From: the human T2T-CHM13v2.0 reference genome, Homo sapiens
DNA length: 64,000 nucleotides
Assembly (NCBI RefSeq): GCF_009914755.1
Contig: NC_060933.1
Direction: 5' to 3' (one strand)
The position numbers and the translations under genes are program-made. How positions within the stretch are numbered: the stretch's first letter is position 1; the number at the start of each line of letters is the position of its first letter. The notes below the pieces were generated by a model. The model ran no database searches, had not been told where the DNA came from, and was given only the letters and a program-made list of their open reading frames with translations. Shown here piece by piece: positions 1 to 14,769 of the stretch.

Positions 1-1199
1 CCCCATTTTCTAATCTCCTTCCTTTGCCTGTCATCTAGTATAACAAGATGCTAATTTATCGTGAAATTCCATTAGATCCCCTAAGACAAAAGATGCTACT
101 TCTACATTCTGAAAAGACAATTAAGCCCTGTCTATGCAGGACTTAATAAAATATAACAGCTGGCCTAGTGAACTTCACTTTCAACAATCCAAGAGGTCAA
201 GAATTTGAAGGGAAATTCATGGAAGGGAATTCAGAGGGCTAGAGGCTTTGCCTTCCTACTCCTCTCCCTGTGAAGAAAGAGGTGCTAACTTCCCCCAAGC
301 CAATTCAGACTCTATTTAAGCAGATAAGAAATTATTTTTTCACGTAACAGGAAGTCTGAGAAGGACAGTTGATAACTTCAATGATCTGCTATTTTCTCTC
401 ATGGTCACAACATGGCTGCCCTAGCTCTAGGCAGAAAGACAAGGAGAAGGGCCAATGTCAAGGGCATAGTCCCTTTTATCAGAGAAGCCACATATTTTCA
501 TTGATCTATTTTTCTATTTTTTCACCAATATCGTACGTCTTGATTATCACCGTAGCTTTATAGTAAATCTTGAGGCTGGACAGTGTCAGTCCTTCAACTT
601 TGTTTTTCCTTACTTTGTTTTCAGAAGCATGTCAACCTAGGTCCCCTGAAGTTTTATTTGCCAGTATCCTAACACAAGTTCACACCTTGCTGAGAGGCTG
701 AACAAACTATATCTAATGTTTTAACCGGATACACAGAGTTGAATATGTGTGCTGGGTTATTCAACCAGTGGTGTCTGCCTTAACTGTAGAGGTTAGGAGA
801 TCTTGCTGTGTGAGCTCCATGGCATCATTGGGGAACCCACAAATAAACCCCATGAATGAGTCTGCATTGACAGCCTGCCATAGAGAAGAATATCAATAGC
901 CAAAAGCAAACCAAGACAAAGAAACCAAAAAACAAAAACTATGACCAACATTTGCCAACTAGAAAGTCTTCTGTTCCTTTTCTCTAATTTCCCTCCTCAC
1001 TGCCCTAACCCTAGAAGACATAGCAGATGAAAGGAGCAGAAGATGAAGAAAGGCTGGAGGACTCCACCATGCCCATTGCCCCATCAAAGTCTCTGAGACA
1101 GGCAGTCCTGAGCAAATGGGAGGAAAGAAGTTCTATATTGCATGTAAGATGGATGTTTTAACTGGACTGGACTTTTTATTTTATTTAAAAAATATCTTA

Positions 1200-1382
<183 letters not shown>

Positions 1383-1688
1383 TTAAATGACAACAAAGCA
1401 ATGGGATCTGCTGAGATAATGTCAAAGAATGGGATGGGGTTACTAATGATTACTAATTGGTCTTCCTGGCCCTTATCTGGTGGGTGGCCTTTTCATTGCT
1501 GTAGGGATGCTGAATCTCTCTGTAAAGGAAAACTTCAAAAGAAGTATTTGGGTTCTGTTAGACAGGAGAAAACCTAGTAGGAGTACATAGGGAAGACTGA
1601 TTGTAACAGAATAGTAACAAATTTTGGTCTGTCACTGCCCATGGTGACCTCTCTAGCACTTAGTTTCCTACTTTAAAATAAATGGGTT

Positions 1689-2201
<513 letters not shown>

Positions 2202-3324
2202 GCTCCTTCCTTTTTCAGGAAATTGCCTCTGATATGTAGGGATGCATCAGATCTGAACCACGTGACCCGGCCTCCCATCAGAACTGATTAACCAGGAGTG
2301 TACAGCTGTCCCAGGCCAGGACAGGGTCTTTCTCCTGGCAATATTCAATAGGGGGACCCAGAGGCTAAGAGATGTTGGCACTGAGTATCATCAGTGACTG
2401 AGAGAAGTGCACACCCACCTGTTGCTGCTGGCCCCAGAAATGCTCTACTTGCTTTCCTTGGGTCTTGACTGCTCAACTTTTCCTGGCTTTCATGAGATTC
2501 CCTAGTAGACTTTCAGCAAATTGCTCATTTTGCTTAAGCTGCACAGAACGGTTTTCTATTACTTGGACTCCATGTTACTATTTTTTTTAAAGGGTCCATT
2601 CAACTTCCAAAATTCATTTACTCTGTGATTTAATGGTACCTGTTACTCTTTAACAGAGATGTTGAAGAGCAATATGGTGAACTTAAGTGCTGATGACCAC
2701 AGACAACTGACAGCTATGGCATTGGTGGGTGACTACAGTTTTAGCAGTCCTTACGCTGAAGAAAGTTAGAGGTATTCCCATAATAACATCAGGTTTTTAA
2801 TCTGGTAAGTTTGTACTTGTTATACATGGAGAACATTTTTAGTTTACTAGTTTATATTAGTGGTATGAATGACGATTATAGAAAAGGATTTTAGTTTCCA
2901 GTGCAATAAATAAGTGAGCCATGTCAGGTTTTCCAAGACACAATATCAAAGGCACTATTATTAGATACATGCTGAGTCTAAAGAGTTGAGTGTATACTTG
3001 AATTGGTTGCACTTAAATCTCATGCACTGGCATCTAATTGTACTGATTGAATTCAGTGGGTATTTTGAGGGCAATTGGTGCTCTCTAGCTAATTCTCCTT
3101 GATAATCCTGAATATTAAAAAAGGTTGAATTCAAATTACATATACTTTGTCTTAAATGTCACATATTAATACATTATCATTTGATACAGTGTGGCTATCA
3201 AGTGCTTATCAAAACAACTTTAGAATGAAAATGCCAGACCAAGATACTAAGGTTTAGGAGTGCAATTGGTCCCTTTAATATGAAACTTGCAAATCGGGGA
3301 CTCTAAGGTACCTTAAAAAGTTCA

Positions 3325-3602
3325 ATAGCGTGGTAGGGTGACTATAGTTAACGATAGTATATTGTTTATTTCAAAATGGCTAGATGAGATGATTTGATTG
3401 ATAGACCTTTAAGATTCAAGAGAGAAAAACAAAAAAGATGATTTGAAATGTTCCCAACACAAAGAAATGATAAATGTTTGAGGTGGTGGATAGGCTAAAT
3501 GCCTTGATTTGATTATAACACGTTGTGTGCACATATCAAAATATCACATGTACCTCATAAATATGTGCAAGTATGATGTATTAATAAAAAAATAAAATAA
3601 AA
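3325..3602 (+). mobile_element. L1MA-type 3' end
   Basis: GGGTGACTATAGTTAAC...CCCAACACAAAGAAATGATAAATGTTTGAGGTG...CATGTACCTCATAAATATG with an A-rich end. Confidence 0.8.
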
Positions 3603-3872
3603 AGTTATTATTATAGATTTCCCAAAGTGAAAGGCATGCCACTTAGTGGGTAGAAAGCAGTATTGCAGGGAAGAAACAGCTAGGATTGCGTGTATGATAC
3701 TGGGTTTCAGGATATTGTCAGTTTGACCCAGGAAGATGGATGTGTAAACTGAAACTAAGAAGGGTTATACAATTATTCTAGAATTAAAGAGATAAGGAAC
3801 ATTAGTGACATGACCATATTGTTTGTATTAATAGAGGCATATATTGTTGAAGAAAGCATTTATTCATTTATA

Positions 3873-4116
3873 GCAGTAGTTCTGAACCAGGGGTGATCTT
3901 GTGTCCCCCAACCCCTGCCCCTGCCCCAGAAGACATTTGGCAAAGCCAAGACATTTTTGGTTGTTGCAAGTGGAGTGTGTGTGTGTGTGCGTGTGTGCAT
4001 GGTCCTGGCATCTAGTACCAGTGATGCTGCTAAACATCATACAATGCAAGCACAGTCCACCATGACAAAGAATTGTTTAGCCCCAAATGTTAATCATGCT
4101 GGTGCTGCAAAACCTG
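3873..4116. mobile_element. MER20-like hAT DNA transposon with internal (GT)n
   Basis: CAGTAGTTCTGAACCAGGGG...GACATTTGGC...GATGCTGCTAAACATC...GCCCCAAATGTTAAT motifs. Confidence 0.75.
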
Positions 4117-4190
4117 GTTTATAAAAATTAGATTCACATATTTTTGAACTAAAAAGTGCCTCCAACAGGTTTAGTCAAAACTCTTCTTCA

Positions 4191-4610
<420 letters not shown>

Positions 4611-5351
4611 TTATCACCAATAATTATGTAATTTTGTATACTGCTTCCAAAAGTCAGGAAAACTTTGAATCTTCACATGTAATTCTCCCAAATCTTGCCT
4701 TTCCTTCTCACCAATTTAAAGGTAATTGGTAATTAAAATGCAATTGGTCCATTTAATGTAAAACTTCCTAATTGTGGACTCTAAGGTACTTTAAAAAGTT
4801 CAATAGCATGGTAATTTAAAGGTAAGAAGGAAAGGGGTCTTTCCATCCTCCATTTCCTCCTACAATGCTCATTTTAATAGACTAAATAACTCAACCACTG
4901 ACCAGAAGCAAATACGGTGAGCGCATTTAAAATGTAGATGGAACTTGCCTTTTTTGTGAGATTAGGATTTAATTTCCCCTAGACCTTTATAAGGAAATTT
5001 CTTTAGGCTCTAGGCAGATAGGACCAAGCTTATTCTTACTGTTTTGAAATGCAACAATTTTCAAATTATCTTTAGAGTCTGAGATAATTAATTCCTTTCT
5101 ATTGGAATTATTCTGTTTAAGCAAGTAAAGTGCTTGATTTACTTTCTTAAAAAAACCTCTGATGTTATTCATTTTGCCTTATTGATGTTAATAATGGATT
5201 TAATGGTACCCCAGAATAATACTGGTATAGACACACAATTCAGTAGTGTCTTAAAGATTACATCATATATTTTTTTAAGTCCAAAGACTAACCATATATT
5301 TTGCAAAATTTAAGACTGTTAAAATGTAAAATATTTAAAGAAATAATATCC

Positions 5352-5670
5352 AGGCTGGGTGTGAGTGGCTCACGCCTGTAATCCCAGCACTTTGGGAGGC
5401 CAAGGCGGGCGGATCATGAGGTCAGGAGTTCCAAACCATCCTGGCCAACATGGTGAAACCCCGTCTGTACTAAAAATACAAAAAAAATGTGGTGGCACGT
5501 GCCTTTAATCCCAGCTACTCGGGAGGCTGAGGCAGGAGAATCGCTTGAATCAGCGAGTTGGGGGTTGCAGTGAGCCGAGATCGCGCCACTGCACTCGTCT
5601 GGCAACAGAGCAAGATTACATATCAAAAAAAAAAAAAAAAAAAAAAAAAAAAACAAGAAAAGAAAAAAAA
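5352..5670 (+). mobile_element. AluS (Sc-like)
   Basis: Dimeric Alu with long A tail; flanks gaaataatatcca / gaagtaatatcca resemble a TSD. Confidence 0.92.
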
Positions 5671-7340
5671 GAAGTAATATCCAAACTCTGAGCCTAAATT
5701 CGCAAAACTAAAATTCCAAAAATAAGCGAATGTGTAAAAAGTATGGAAAGAACAGACTTAAACAGGAAAGTATAAATATTCACAGGTGGTTTTTTTCCCC
5801 TTAGTTTTGCTAGAAAGTGTGCTACAGGTCTAAAGACTTTTCTCTACGGGAAGTGCTTGCTTAGAAAACCACACGTGAAAAGTATTTGAACAAGTCTATT
5901 CTTTCTTGATAAGTAATGAAGTGTAGAGATTTACTACAATTTTCCTACGTTTTAAACACTTAGTGTTTAGGGCAGTATTTCTGACATCCAGCAAAATGCT
6001 GGTTACATAGTAGGCACGCAAAAAACATTTTGTTAAATGAATTAAAATTAATGAATACATATTCAGATAAAAAAAATTCTCCTTTTGCAGTGCATACACC
6101 CGTGAAGCTGTCACCTACCTAGCAGCTAATCACGTTTCTCCAATTTCCTGGTGCCAGCATAATCTGTTCACACATCAAATAAGTGTGCCAAGCTAGTTTT
6201 TTTTCTTACCCAAACCTATTCCTTCTTGTTTCCTATTTATCAGAATGCAACCACAATCCTCCTACTCACCCGTTCCTCATTTTATTTGACAAATGCTTCC
6301 TTTCCCGCCTGTACAGACTGACACTCACTGACGATATTCTGCTTCTACCCATGTTTCCCACAATTGGTCTCAATTTCTGCTGCCACAGCCTCCACTACCT
6401 TTTGCTTGGACCAGTGAATACCCTCTGATTTTCCGTTGTCAGTCGCTTCTCATCAATCTATTCTTAATCTTGTTGCTTCGTTGCACCTCTACTCCCTCAC
6501 CTTCCACCAAACAACCCAGTTAGCGTAGAGATTAGGAGAAGAGATTCTGGCTCTGAGCTTAACATAGTGATTGATCAAGAATTTAACCTCTGGAGCCAAA
6601 CTGCCTGGCTTTGTCTGCCATTCGAGGACTTTTCCCAACCTCATTTCTCACTTTGTAGTCAACCCAAAACACCTCCCTCCATCTCCCACCTAGCTTGTGT
6701 TTCTCACTTAACTTTTAAAGTCCAGCTCACATGTCACTTTACTCACTTCCCAGAATTGTAATCTTCGTTTCGAACTGCTCTCGCACGGCAGCTATACTTC
6801 TCAGTACCTGCTTTTGTACCATTATGTGCGTTTTTTCTCTTTTTATAAAAAATCTCTTTCAGGGAACGCATAGTTCTTGAGGTCAGGATATTATTGTTTT
6901 ATTTTTATATCTCCAGTAAGTCACAGTGTGACTTGCACTGTGGTTGCTCGATAAATGTTAGGTGAATGACATCAATTTACAGAAATAAATCCAACTCTGA
7001 GCGTCTCCCCTTGAGGACCGTGTTTTGTTCATCTGCACGCTCTCCAGGTCCTGCACTGCGCCCAGGACCAAGAAGACGCTGGACCCTTACTAGGAGAACC
7101 GAGGCAAGAGCCGGCTGGAGCCGCGGGGAACCCGCTCGCCCCGCCCACCCGCCTAGCGCCGGTGAGCCTGCGGCTCCCGCGAAGCGCGGCCCCGCCCCCT
7201 CGGCGCCAGGGCGCACGCGCGGAGCTGGAGCCGGCGCGGAGGAGCGGGCGGCCGCGGCTGTGCCCTCTCCTACTCCTCACCGCGCGAGCGCGGGGAACCA
7301 GTAGCCGCGGCTGCTTCGGTTGCCGCGGTCGGTGGTCGTT

Positions 7341-7452
7341 ATGGATTCTCCATGGGACGAGTTGGCTCTGGCCTTCTCCCGCACGTCCATGTTTCCCTTT
7401 TTTGACATCGCGCACTATCTAGTGTCAGTGATGGCGGTGAAACGTCAGCCGG
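7341..7452 (+). CDS. TMEM38B: TMEM38B (TRIC-B) coding exon 1
   Basis: ATG at 7341 encodes MDSPWDELALAFSRTSMFPFFDIAHYLVSVMAVKRQP, which I recognise as the TRIC-B N-terminus. Donor G|GTGAGT at 7452/7453; 112 nt; lies in a CpG island. Confidence 0.97.
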
Positions 7453-7514
7453 GTGAGTGCGGGGCGCCGCGGGCCGGACCCCTCAGAGTGCTCCTGACGG
7501 CGAGGACCGTCTAA

Positions 7515-7542
7515 GTCGGGTGGGTCGGGTGGGTCGGGTGGG
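7515..7542 (+). repeat. (GTCGGGTGG)x3, G-quadruplex-forming motif
   Basis: Six GGG runs with 1-2 nt loops at 7518-7542. Confidence 0.85.
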
Positions 7543-7833
7543 CGGCTGAGTGGCCGCTAGCCCAGACAGTTCGATGGTAGAGTTGGAGGGGCGCCAAGGG
7601 CCGGTTGGTCTGACTTACTGAGTGCAGATGGGGAAACAGCGTGGGGGAGGACGGAGGCTCTAGTACTCCTCAAAGGAGGCGTGACCTGGGGTCCGCGAGG
7701 CCGTAGCCTGGGCGAGCAGGGCCGACCTTGCCAACCGCCCGCAGAAGTCCCAGGACTGACAGAAGCTGCCGCAGCGTTTCGGAACCACAGATATCCGCGC
7801 CAGCCCAGGGCTTGGGCGGCCTCCTCGCGGTAC

Positions 7834-7890
7834 CGCCACTCGCTCGCAGTGTCGCCACTCGCTCGCAGTGTCGCCACTCGCTCGCAGTGT
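7834..7890 (+). repeat. Perfect 19-bp tandem repeat x3 (CGCCACTCGCTCGCAGTGT)
   Basis: Identical units at 7834-7852, 7853-7871 and 7872-7890. Confidence 0.95.
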
Positions 7891-8963
7891 TTGAAAGTCA
7901 TGTGAGGAGACAGCAGGTTTCTGACTCAGTCTCTTGGAGTAATAGATGGTTGCGGACTACTCTCCAGTTATGAAAGTTGTACAAGCACTGAAACAAAAAG
8001 CCTCCTGTAGCCAGACCAGGATTCCCCTTCACGCAGTGTCCTAACACCCTGCCTAGCATGTGAGAAGCGAGTGCGTTCCCCTTTTCACAGTCACGACGGA
8101 CACTGTACAAGCAAGAGTTACCTGGCGTAGTTTCACTATCTGCAGAATGGGGATATAGTCTTGAAACAGCATTTTGAGTTCTTTTAGCAATGCGATCAAG
8201 GGACAGTAGTTGTATTTTATTGGATTTTACACCAGGGTGCGTTTGCTCTAATACTGCTTTACTTTTGTAGTTATTCTACTGTGCTTTTAGTTGTATGGAC
8301 CTCTTCTTTCTTTGAGGTCAGACATTTCTTTGCCTACTTTCTTTGTGTTCTTGCTGTCTTTCATCTGCCTTGCCCTACGGATAGTTGATGAGTGAGGTCT
8401 GGAGGATGATGCTGTATCTTTCTTATGGACTACTTACTGGTTTTAAAAAATCCTTAGACCTCAGAAATATTTTTCATTTATGTTGAAGTTTGTAGCTCAG
8501 TTTAAATCGTTGGTACAAATTTTGACCTGGATGAGGATGGTATTACTGCATTAAAGTAGAACACATTATCTGCATAAGATATTATTTCTTTGATTTGAAA
8601 AAAGTAAGTTTTGTTGCTACTACATGTTCAGAATTTGATTAAAAAAATTTTTTTTTGTATAGGCTGAATCAGATGTTCACATTGTGGTCCAGGGACCCAT
8701 GGGATTCTCTGACACTGCCAGTTTAAAATTACTTTCGTAATAATATGCAGATGTTATCTTTTTCACTCTCATTTTTTCAGAAGTGTACAGTGGAGTTTTC
8801 CAGAGGCTACCTGAGTTGTGATACTGTAACAGAAGGAAGTAGATATGAGAATCTAACAGTTTTCTATTTGAAGCCAGACATTTGTTAGAATGTACACAGT
8901 GTGATTCTTCTCACTAAATGTTTTTTGTTTTGGAAAAGTTATTTTTCATAAAGAATACATTAT

Positions 8964-9224
<261 letters not shown>

Positions 9225-9250
9225 TAAAAAATGAAAACATGAAGAACAAT

Positions 9251-9632
9251 TGTTGCATAGTGGACAGGTCTATGCAGTCCTATCCCCAAAGGCTGAGGAA
9301 GCTGAGAGGCTGAGGAATCCAGTTTCTTAGAAAGAAACCTTTAAAAGGGACTTAAGAACAGAAGCCATGTCTTGGGTGGCCCCAAGGAGATGGTGGATCA
9401 CCCCATTACCCGACCCCCAACCCCCAACCAGAGATGTGTAGGACAGTTGCTTAAGAGCAGGATTTATGGTAAGTGAAATAGCGTCAAGGTTGTTTGACCT
9501 AAGGGCAAGATCGGTAAGTGTATACTTTTACACAAGGAACAGTAGATAAAATATAAATCTTAGAGGCAATCCCAGAACTGGGGTTAATCATAAGTCAACA
9601 TGGCGGATGTTGGAGTTGCTTTAGCCGCCACA
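9251..9632 (-). mobile_element. ERV1 (MER4/MER41-group-like) solo LTR
   Basis: TG...CA termini; minus strand starts TGTGGCGGCTAAAGCAACTCC. Family uncertain. Confidence 0.65.
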
Positions 9633-12600
9633 ACTATTTAAAATTTTCTCAGTTATAATTTCTAAGATGCTAAGTATTGATACTTGTAGCCAACATAAAC
9701 AAAACCTTTTGGGGTTGTCAAGAAATTTAAGTCCGATTTTTTAAAAGATGTAATTCACATAGAATCTGTTCACCATTTTTAATAAAAAGTTCTGTGTTTT
9801 TGGACAGACACATACAGTCATTCAACTACCATCACAATCAAGATACTGAACGGTTTCCTCACCCACCCTAAATTCCTTCCTGCACTTTTGTGTAAGCTGT
9901 CCCCTATCCTTGGCAAGCATTAATCTGTTTACTAATTTTTAGGGATGTAGAGGGCTCCTGAGATTCCATAATTTGAGAACCACGTGATTATTGAATACTT
10001 ATATAGTATCATACAGTACCAGTACTTGTAAGGAGGTAAAAATGATGGAATTCAGACACAAGAGTGAACAGTGTACCTGTTTAGCCTTTTACCCGAAGTG
10101 TGTTAGACTGCCCATTTCCTTTGACAGTTCTATTATTGGTCTTCAATATCTTGCCATTCTGATGATCAGAAAGCAATTTTTCATTTATGTTTGTCATGGT
10201 ACTGATGTGTTTGTGCCTCTTATTGGTCATTTGTATTTCATGTAAATTGCTTAATTTTTTTTTGTCCATTTTCTTATTGGGCTGTAGGTTATTGTCTTCT
10301 ATTTACTGTCTTTGTGGATCATGGATATTCATTCTATTTATGTCTGTAGTCCTTTTTTCCCATAACTCTTGCTATCTTTAACTTTGTTTATATTGTCTTT
10401 TATTGCAGAAGTTTAAAAAATCTCATAATATTTTTACTTTTCCATGAAAAAATCTATTAATTTTTTTCTCCTATGTCACTATTGGGATTTGTGCATTTTA
10501 AGAAGGGGTTTCTCAGGCCTAAGGTTATAAAAATACTCGTCCTTGATCTTTTTTTAAAAAATTCTATAGTTCTATAAAAGTATAGGTTCGTAATCTATCT
10601 GCAGTATTTTTTGTTGTATAGATGTTCCTTTGCAAGTCTGGTCATGGCTGGATAGAACAGTTGGAACTCAATGATCTCAGCAGAGTATGCTCTATGCTCA
10701 TTGAACTGGTTCTGCTCTAGACCTTTACTAAGATCATCCCACGTGCATAGACCTCTGGAATGTCCTTAGTTCTTGTTTGTTTTCTTTAGCGTCCCATTTT
10801 TTTTTTTTCTGTGAGCTACTGAAGTCCTTCCAATGAATTCTTTATGGCTTAAGTTTGTTGGTTTTTGCTGCTTGTAGCCAAGAACCCGGGTTCCATTTCT
10901 TTTTCTAGCCTCTTATATATTAAAGAGTGTTTTGTTGAATACTAATGATAGTGAGTGACTTTGTCTTACTCCTGATATTCCTGAATTTAATGAGAATGCT
11001 TTTAAAGTTTTCTCAAGAGTGATGTTTGCTATAGGTTTTTATGAGGGACACTTTAAGGAAGTTTTACTTTATTCCCAACTTTCTAGGATATCCCTATATC
11101 TTTACACCATCCTGGTGGAGAAGGTGACATATTTTATCAAGTGCTATTTTTTTTTCAAAATCTATTGAGATCATATTGTGTTTCCCATTTAAAAATGTAA
11201 TGTAGTGAATTACATTATTACGTTTTTTAAAAAATGATGAATCATCCTTATATTCTTGGACTAAACTACTTGATACATTATTTTAATTCATTAGGGATTT
11301 TGATTTGGCAGTACTTCATGTAAAATTTTTGCATTTATGTTTATAATAGAAATGAGCCTATTAGGTTATTTTATTGTGTGACCCTCAGTTTGGGCCCAAG
11401 GTTATGCTGTTTTTGTAAAATAGATTGGGAAGCTTTCCATTTTTTAAGCTTGGAATGGTTTATTTAATAGGCATTGCTTGTTCTTTGATATTTGGTAGAC
11501 TTCAACTATGTAGTTTTATGTTTCTTGGTATATTTTAATGGGTAAATCTTATTTTTTTTCCAATCCAGACCTAAGTCATTTTGGTAATTTATGTCTCTCT
11601 CAGGAATCATCTATTTCTTTTAGACTTCCAAGTCTATTGGAGTAAATGTTTACATTATATTGTAGAAAATTTCTCTGGATTCTTTGGTAGTTAATTCTTA
11701 AATGTTATCTATTTCACTTGAATCTTCTGGATCTTAGTCACTTTATGTCCTATGGTAATTTTTTTACACTCCATATATGTCTTTTTTTCTTCTAACTCAT
11801 TTTGAATAAGATACATTTGTTCAGGCTCAGTAGATGGAGTGAGTAGCTTGTATTACTCTCTATTTATGTGGTCAGCATTCCTTTTTCATAGTCAGAACTG
11901 AAGCTAATATGTGTGTACTCCTCCTACTCCAACACCACTTCTTTTAGATTTTTACTTAGAATATGTATGCATTACTTAATTGGCAACTTTTTCCTATCCC
12001 CCCAGTGATTGATTCTCTAGAACTCACACCTACAGTAAACTGTAATTCTCATATATCCTACTGCCAGAGTTCTTCATATATTTACCCTCTCAGACGTGTT
12101 ACTCCTTGAGACTTTATTTTGGTATGCACTCTGCCACTAACAATACCTCACTCCGTACTTTCCCACCATTTATATCGGATCTTTTGTACTGTCTGCCTAG
12201 ATCTTAAACAATGCCACCAGAAGCAAAATGATAAAGGGGATTAACTCTTTTCTGCCTAAGGTGTGAAGGACTGCATCCCATTTTTGTTTGGTTCAGGTTT
12301 TCGGCTTTAAAATCCCAGGAAAGATAATACTCCTCCAGCCTTCTATGTAACTTTTGCTTCATAAGCAAAGACATAAAAGACATCAGGTAATACAACAAGT
12401 GGGATTAATTTTTTCTTTGTTTACCTCCATTTGTCTCGTGAACAAACATGTGAATCCTCCTGAACCCTTGCGTGTGATTGGCTATAGTTTTCAGTTTGGG
12501 CTGATAGTATAAGTTTTTTTTGTTTGTTTGTTTTTCTTTTCTCTGTCTCCTGGGCATTTTATTAGGAAGTTGGAATATGCTGTTTTGGTGGTTGCTAGTG

Positions 12601-14611
12601 AGAAGCCATTTTAACAGGAAGTTTACATCATTACTTTTAATCTATCTTATCTTACATTTTAAATGTCTCTTAAGTCTTCATTAAAATAAACACATTTCTT
12701 CAATCCTACATTCACATCAAACCACCATTTTGTGTAAGACTTCCTGACTACAGTAATTTCTATTACACACAAAATGTATTGTTTTACTCTAAATTCTGCC
12801 ATGACTATTCTGCTAACCTCTCTGAAGTCATACATAATTAATTTTAGCAAATATTCATTGAAACTCTGTATTGGGCATTATATTAGATGTTTAGGATACC
12901 GCCATGAAAGATGCTGTTATAGCCCTAAAGAGACTTATTGGTGCTTTTTCTTTATTTTTGATAGTGTCACATAAGGTTGCACTACCTTTTCTACACAATA
13001 ATAGTAGCCATCATTGATTTTAGATACTGGGAGAACATTTCAGTATGTTAATTCTATTCCTCACACATTCCTGTAAGGTAGGTATTATTTAACTCATTTT
13101 ATAGATGAGGAATAGTTTTAAGGGATAAAATAACCTCCCTTAAGTCACATGGTTTAGTAAATTATGGAGCTAGTTCTTGACTCCAGATCTGGTTCATTCC
13201 AAAATTTCTTACTATTCTGTGCCTTATCTTTGCATGACCATTTACTGTTCCTGGTTTCAATAATTAGCAATTTCTCAATAAGGTGTCACTTGACATGGTT
13301 ATTTTCTCCAATGATTTCTGTCGTTTCTATGAATTAAATCCTGGAATAAAGTTTGTCATTGTTCCTTTCCTGTAATTTGTGGGAGATGAAAGTTTGTAAG
13401 TCTAGGATTTATCAGTTCTGGGCATCCTGGAAAGGTGACAGCAGTGGTGGCAGCTGAGTTTTGCAATATCTTTATGAGTCCCCATGTAAAAACAGGGAAA
13501 AGTGCAAAAGTCATAAATGTACAGCTCAGTGGATTTTCAAACACACCCATATGCAGATAAAAATAGAACATTTATGACACTCCCCAAAGCCCCTTTGTTA
13601 CATGATTTAAAGAGCCAGAGGCCATGTGCACGGGTTCACATGGCCTGTGGAGGAAACACCTGAGCAGTGTTTCCTCCACAGGGGTCTCAGTCTGGGCTCT
13701 AAAGAGCTCCTCCACCAAGTTTCTAAATTTTAATAATTTCAGCCTATTGTTCCCCCAGAGTAGTAACTGCTTTCTGGAACTGAACTCTGTGATAATGTAG
13801 TATTTACTTTTTGCCTTTTCAATAACCTAGTTAACAATTTTATACCTACTGAGTTCTATTTAAATAATGGTATTTTCTATCTCCTGACTGGACAGATACC
13901 CAGGAGTAGGGTTTGAACTTCCTACTTTCTGGTTTGCATATATCTTATTAAGATAACTAAAGTACTTGCTACTTGCCAGTCTTCAGACCCGGTCAGTGTA
14001 ATGTCATCAGTGCAGCAGATCAGTGTGATGTGTGATTTCTCAATGTGATCAAAATCTCTGGACTATTTTAGAGAGCAAGAGTGTTAACATAGACCTGAAG
14101 CAAGACTGTAATGGTTGAACAAAGCACAAAGTGCTTCTGAGATTTTTTGCAAATTAATAGGAAGAAAAAAGCATTTGCTTCCAAGTTATAAGAATTGTGT
14201 TGATTTGACCCCGTAAAAATACTACATCTTGAATACTAGCTGCAATTACAGTCACGACCTTTCTGTGTTTATAATTCATAGCTATTCTCCAAGATCCATC
14301 TGTCTTATATTTAGATCAAACAGGTAAGTTAGTGGAATGTGGTAGCTATCACCACCTTTTTGTCTTTGGTTGTGGCACCAATTTCTGTGGTATTGTTTTT
14401 GGTTACTTTGTTGGTGAGGAGAGGAATACCTAGGGGCTTCTATGTGATCCATTATACCATATTGCTCCTTATGCCATAAATCAGAGAATCTATATGGGCA
14501 TTGAGTCAGTTGCCAAGTATGTCTGTTCTAATTACTCATTAAGGAACTGGGGAATAACTGCAAGGTGAGTATGTGGATCTACCTGGCCCACTATGATTCA
14601 AACTTGATCTA

Positions 14612-14769
<158 letters not shown>

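Larger units (their letters stand above)
7050..7900 (+). promoter_or_regulatory. CpG-island, TATA-less promoter of TMEM38B (includes 5'UTR and start of intron 1)
   Basis: Abrupt rise in GC and CpG density around exon 1; GC boxes (CCGCCC) near 7141 and 7192; no clear TATA box. Confidence 0.9.

Noticed and set aside
7034-7063. Two MRE-core matches (TGCACGC, TGCGCCC) in the promoter
   Set aside because: Short degenerate motifs are expected by chance in GC-rich DNA; no other support.
7834-7890. CRISPR-like array
   Set aside because: Repeats are directly tandem with no spacers, in eukaryotic DNA with no cas genes.
6966-7973. Overlapping ORFs on both strands at the promoter
   Set aside because: CpG-island composition artefact; only 7341-7452 is coding.
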